A DNA stretch of 64,000 nucleotides. Origin: Octopus sinensis (taxonomy: Eukaryota). A model generated the notes under the pieces. It was not told the DNA's origin, ran no database searches, and was given only the letters and a program-made list of their open reading frames with translations. How positions within the stretch are numbered: the first letter of the stretch is position 1; every line of letters starts with the position of its first letter. The stretch lies in NCBI RefSeq assembly GCF_006345805.1, contig NC_042998.1:34472001-34536000 (forward strand). The letters run 5' to 3'. Shown piece after piece: positions 61,516-64,000 of this stretch. The translations under genes and the position numbers were made by a program.

Positions 61516-63600
61516 ATAGATGAACATCAATGGAATTTGTATCTTTATGGTACCAGTGCCGGTGGCACACAAGAAAACCATCCGAACATGGCCGTAGCCA
61601 GTACCGCATCGACTGGCCTCCGTGTTGTGGGCACGTAACAAACACCATCCGATCATGTCCGTTCGCCAGCCTCATCAGGCACCTGTGTCGGTGGCACATA
61701 AAAACACCATCTGTAGACCCGGCAAGACTAGTCAGGCCATAACCCGTGGCCCCTACCTGGGACGTAGTCAGTCTGCCTGTGCATACCTTCCTTCTTGTGA
61801 CACTTGTGAAGACCTGTTGAGGCAAGTGATCAAATCAAAACAAATCAAAATAGATGAACATCAATGGAATTTGTATCTTTGTGGTACCAGGGCCGGTGCA
61901 CACAAGATAACCATCCGAACATGGCCGTAGCCAGTACCACCGCATCGACTGGCCTCTGTGCTGTGGGCTCATAACAAACACCATCCGATCGTGGCCGTTC
62001 GCCAGCCTGATCTGGCACCTGTGTCGGTGGCACATAAAAACACCATCCGAGAGACCCGGCAAGACTAGTCAGGCCATAACCAACCCGTGCCCTCTACCTG
62101 GGACGTAGTCATTCCACCTGTGCATACCTTCCTTCTTTCTTGTGACACTTGTGAAGACCTGTTGAGACAAGTGATCAAATCAAATCAAAATAGATGAACA
62201 TCAATGGAATTTGTATCTTTGTGGTACCAGTGCCGGTGGCACACAAGAAAACCATCCGAACGTGGCCGTAGCCAGTACCGCATTGACTGGCCTCCGTGCT
62301 GTGGGCACGTAACAAACACCATCCATCTGGCACCTGTATCGGAGACACATAAAACATCATCCGAAGACCCGGCAAGACTAGTCAGGCCATAACCCGTGGC
62401 CTCTACCTGGGACGTAGTCAGTCCACCTGTGCATACCTTCCTTCTTGTGACACTTGTGAAGACCTGTTGAGACAAGTGATCAAATCAAATCAAAATAGAT
62501 GAACATCAATGGAATTTGTATCTTTGTGGTACCAGTGCCGGTGGCACACAAGAAAACCATCCGAACGTGGCCGTAGCCAGTACCGCATTGACTGGCCTCC
62601 GTGCTGTGGGCACGTAACAAACACCATCCATCTGGCACCTGTATCGGAGACACATAAAACATCATCCGAAGACCCGGCAAGACTAGTCAGGCCATAACCC
62701 GTGGCCTCTACCTGGGACGTAGTCAGTCCACCTGTGCATACCTTCCTTCTTGTGACACTTGTGAAGACCTGTTGAGACAAGTGATCAAATCAAATCAAAA
62801 TAGATGAACATCAATGGAATTTGTATCTTTGTGGTACCAGTGCCGGTGGCACACAAGAAAACCATCCGAACGTGGCCGTAGCCAGTACCGCATTGACTGG
62901 CCTCCGTGCTGTGGGCACGTAACAAACACCATCCATCTGGCACCTGTATCGGAGACACATAAAACATCATCCGAAGACCCGGCAAGGACTAGTCAGGCCA
63001 TAACCCGTGGCCCCTACCTGGGACGTTGTCAGTTCCACCTGTGCATACCTTCCTTCTTCTTGTGACACTTGTGAAGACCTGTTGAGGCAAGTGAAAATCA
63101 AATCAAATCAAATCAAAATAGATGAACATCAATGGAATTTGTATCTTGTGGTACCAGTGCCGTGGCACACAAGAAAACCATCCGAACGTGCCGTAGCCAG
63201 TACCGCATCGACTGGCCTCCGGGCTGGGGGCACGTAACAAACACCATCCGTCGTGGCCCGTTTTCGTCAGCCTCCTGTCTGGCACCTGTTTCGGTTGGCA
63301 CATAAAACACCATCCGAGCGTGGCCGTTCGCCAGCCTCGTCTGGCACCTGTGTCGGTGGCACATAAAAACAACACCATCCGAGCGTGGCCGTTCGCCAGC
63401 CTCGTCTGGTACCTGTGTCGGTGGCACATAAAATCACCCACTACACTCTCGGAGTGGTTGGCGTTAGGAAAGGCATCCAGCTGTAGAAACACTGCCAGAT
63501 CTGACTGGCCTGGTGCAGCCTTCGGGCTCCCCAGACCCCAGTTGAACCGTCCAACCCATGCTAGCATGGAAAGCGGACGTAAATGATGATGATGATGATA
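61516..63600 (+). repeat. Concatemer of family B 5' modules (unit starts 61516, 61850, 62190, 62495, 62800, 63118) ending in one family B tail
   Basis: Periods are 334, 340, 305, 305 and 318 bp. The central 305-bp units are identical. A single (GAT)n tail lies at about 63583-63600. Confidence 0.9.
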
Positions 63601-63679
63601 CATATACACACACACACACACATCTATATATACATATATTTACAATTATACAAAGCATGACATTCCTGTAAAGTCTTTC

Positions 63680-64000
63680 TCTTTTCTTCCATTCATGTTG
63701 TTTAGATACTCTTGCACTCCTTCCTCTTCATTCTGCCTTTCCTTTTCCTTTTCCTTTCTCCCACTTTTTCTTCTTTATTCTCTCCTTTTATCTCTCTTTA
63801 CTCTTCCCTGCTTCTCCATTTCTTCTCAAATTCTCAATTGTTTTATATATTTCTTTCCTGTCTTCTAGTTTTCCTTTCCCTTGCTTCATACTTTCTCCTC
63901 AATTACTTTTTACCTTTTCTTCTTTGCTGGTTCTTTTATTTTCTCTCTTTCTCTCTTGCTTCCATTCTATATTTTCTCCCAAATTTCTTTGCTAACTCAT
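63680..64000. repeat. Pyrimidine-rich low-complexity sequence
   Basis: Direct reading. Confidence 0.8.

Noticed and set aside
61516-63430. CRISPR-like array, or HDV/twister/hammerhead ribozyme in the repeat unit
   Set aside because: There are no unique spacers and the context is eukaryotic. The HDV double-pseudoknot order could not be built, and CTGTTGA..GAAA is not conserved among units and lacks helix II.

Overview
AT-rich, repeat-saturated animal genomic DNA with one 100-N gap at 18347-18446. The SINE families and microsatellites suggest an octopod cephalopod (Octopus-like), which is inferred from recalled motifs and not from a database search. No host gene can be identified with confidence. 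Nearly all ORFs in the supplied track are microsatellite or SINE artefacts, and only a few low-confidence candidate exons remain, including a phase-consistent chain on the minus strand. Recognisable elements are: dozens of copies of two main SINE-like families, a decayed Hsmar1-like mariner carrying two nested insertions, a DD37D (maT) transposase fragment, R4/Dong-type and RTE LINE 3' relics, two Helentron-type non-autonomous elements, and two solo-LTR-like segments with heat-shock elements. The main signal is a set of at least six apparently unrelated short non-autonomous elements carrying intact or decayed minimal type I hammerhead-ribozyme motifs with a palindromic helix III, usually with inverted terminal duplications. 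This architecture is typical of Penelope-like elements (PLEs). One family has a tRNA-derived Pol III head, so it looks like a SINE with a PLE/hammerhead tail. The best-preserved hammerheads are at 36404-36446 (+), 41883-41939 (-) and 12626-12661 (+). There is also a SINE-mediated tandem duplication of about 1 kb (30.6-32.6 kb) and a concatemer of 305-340-bp units (61.5-63.6 kb).
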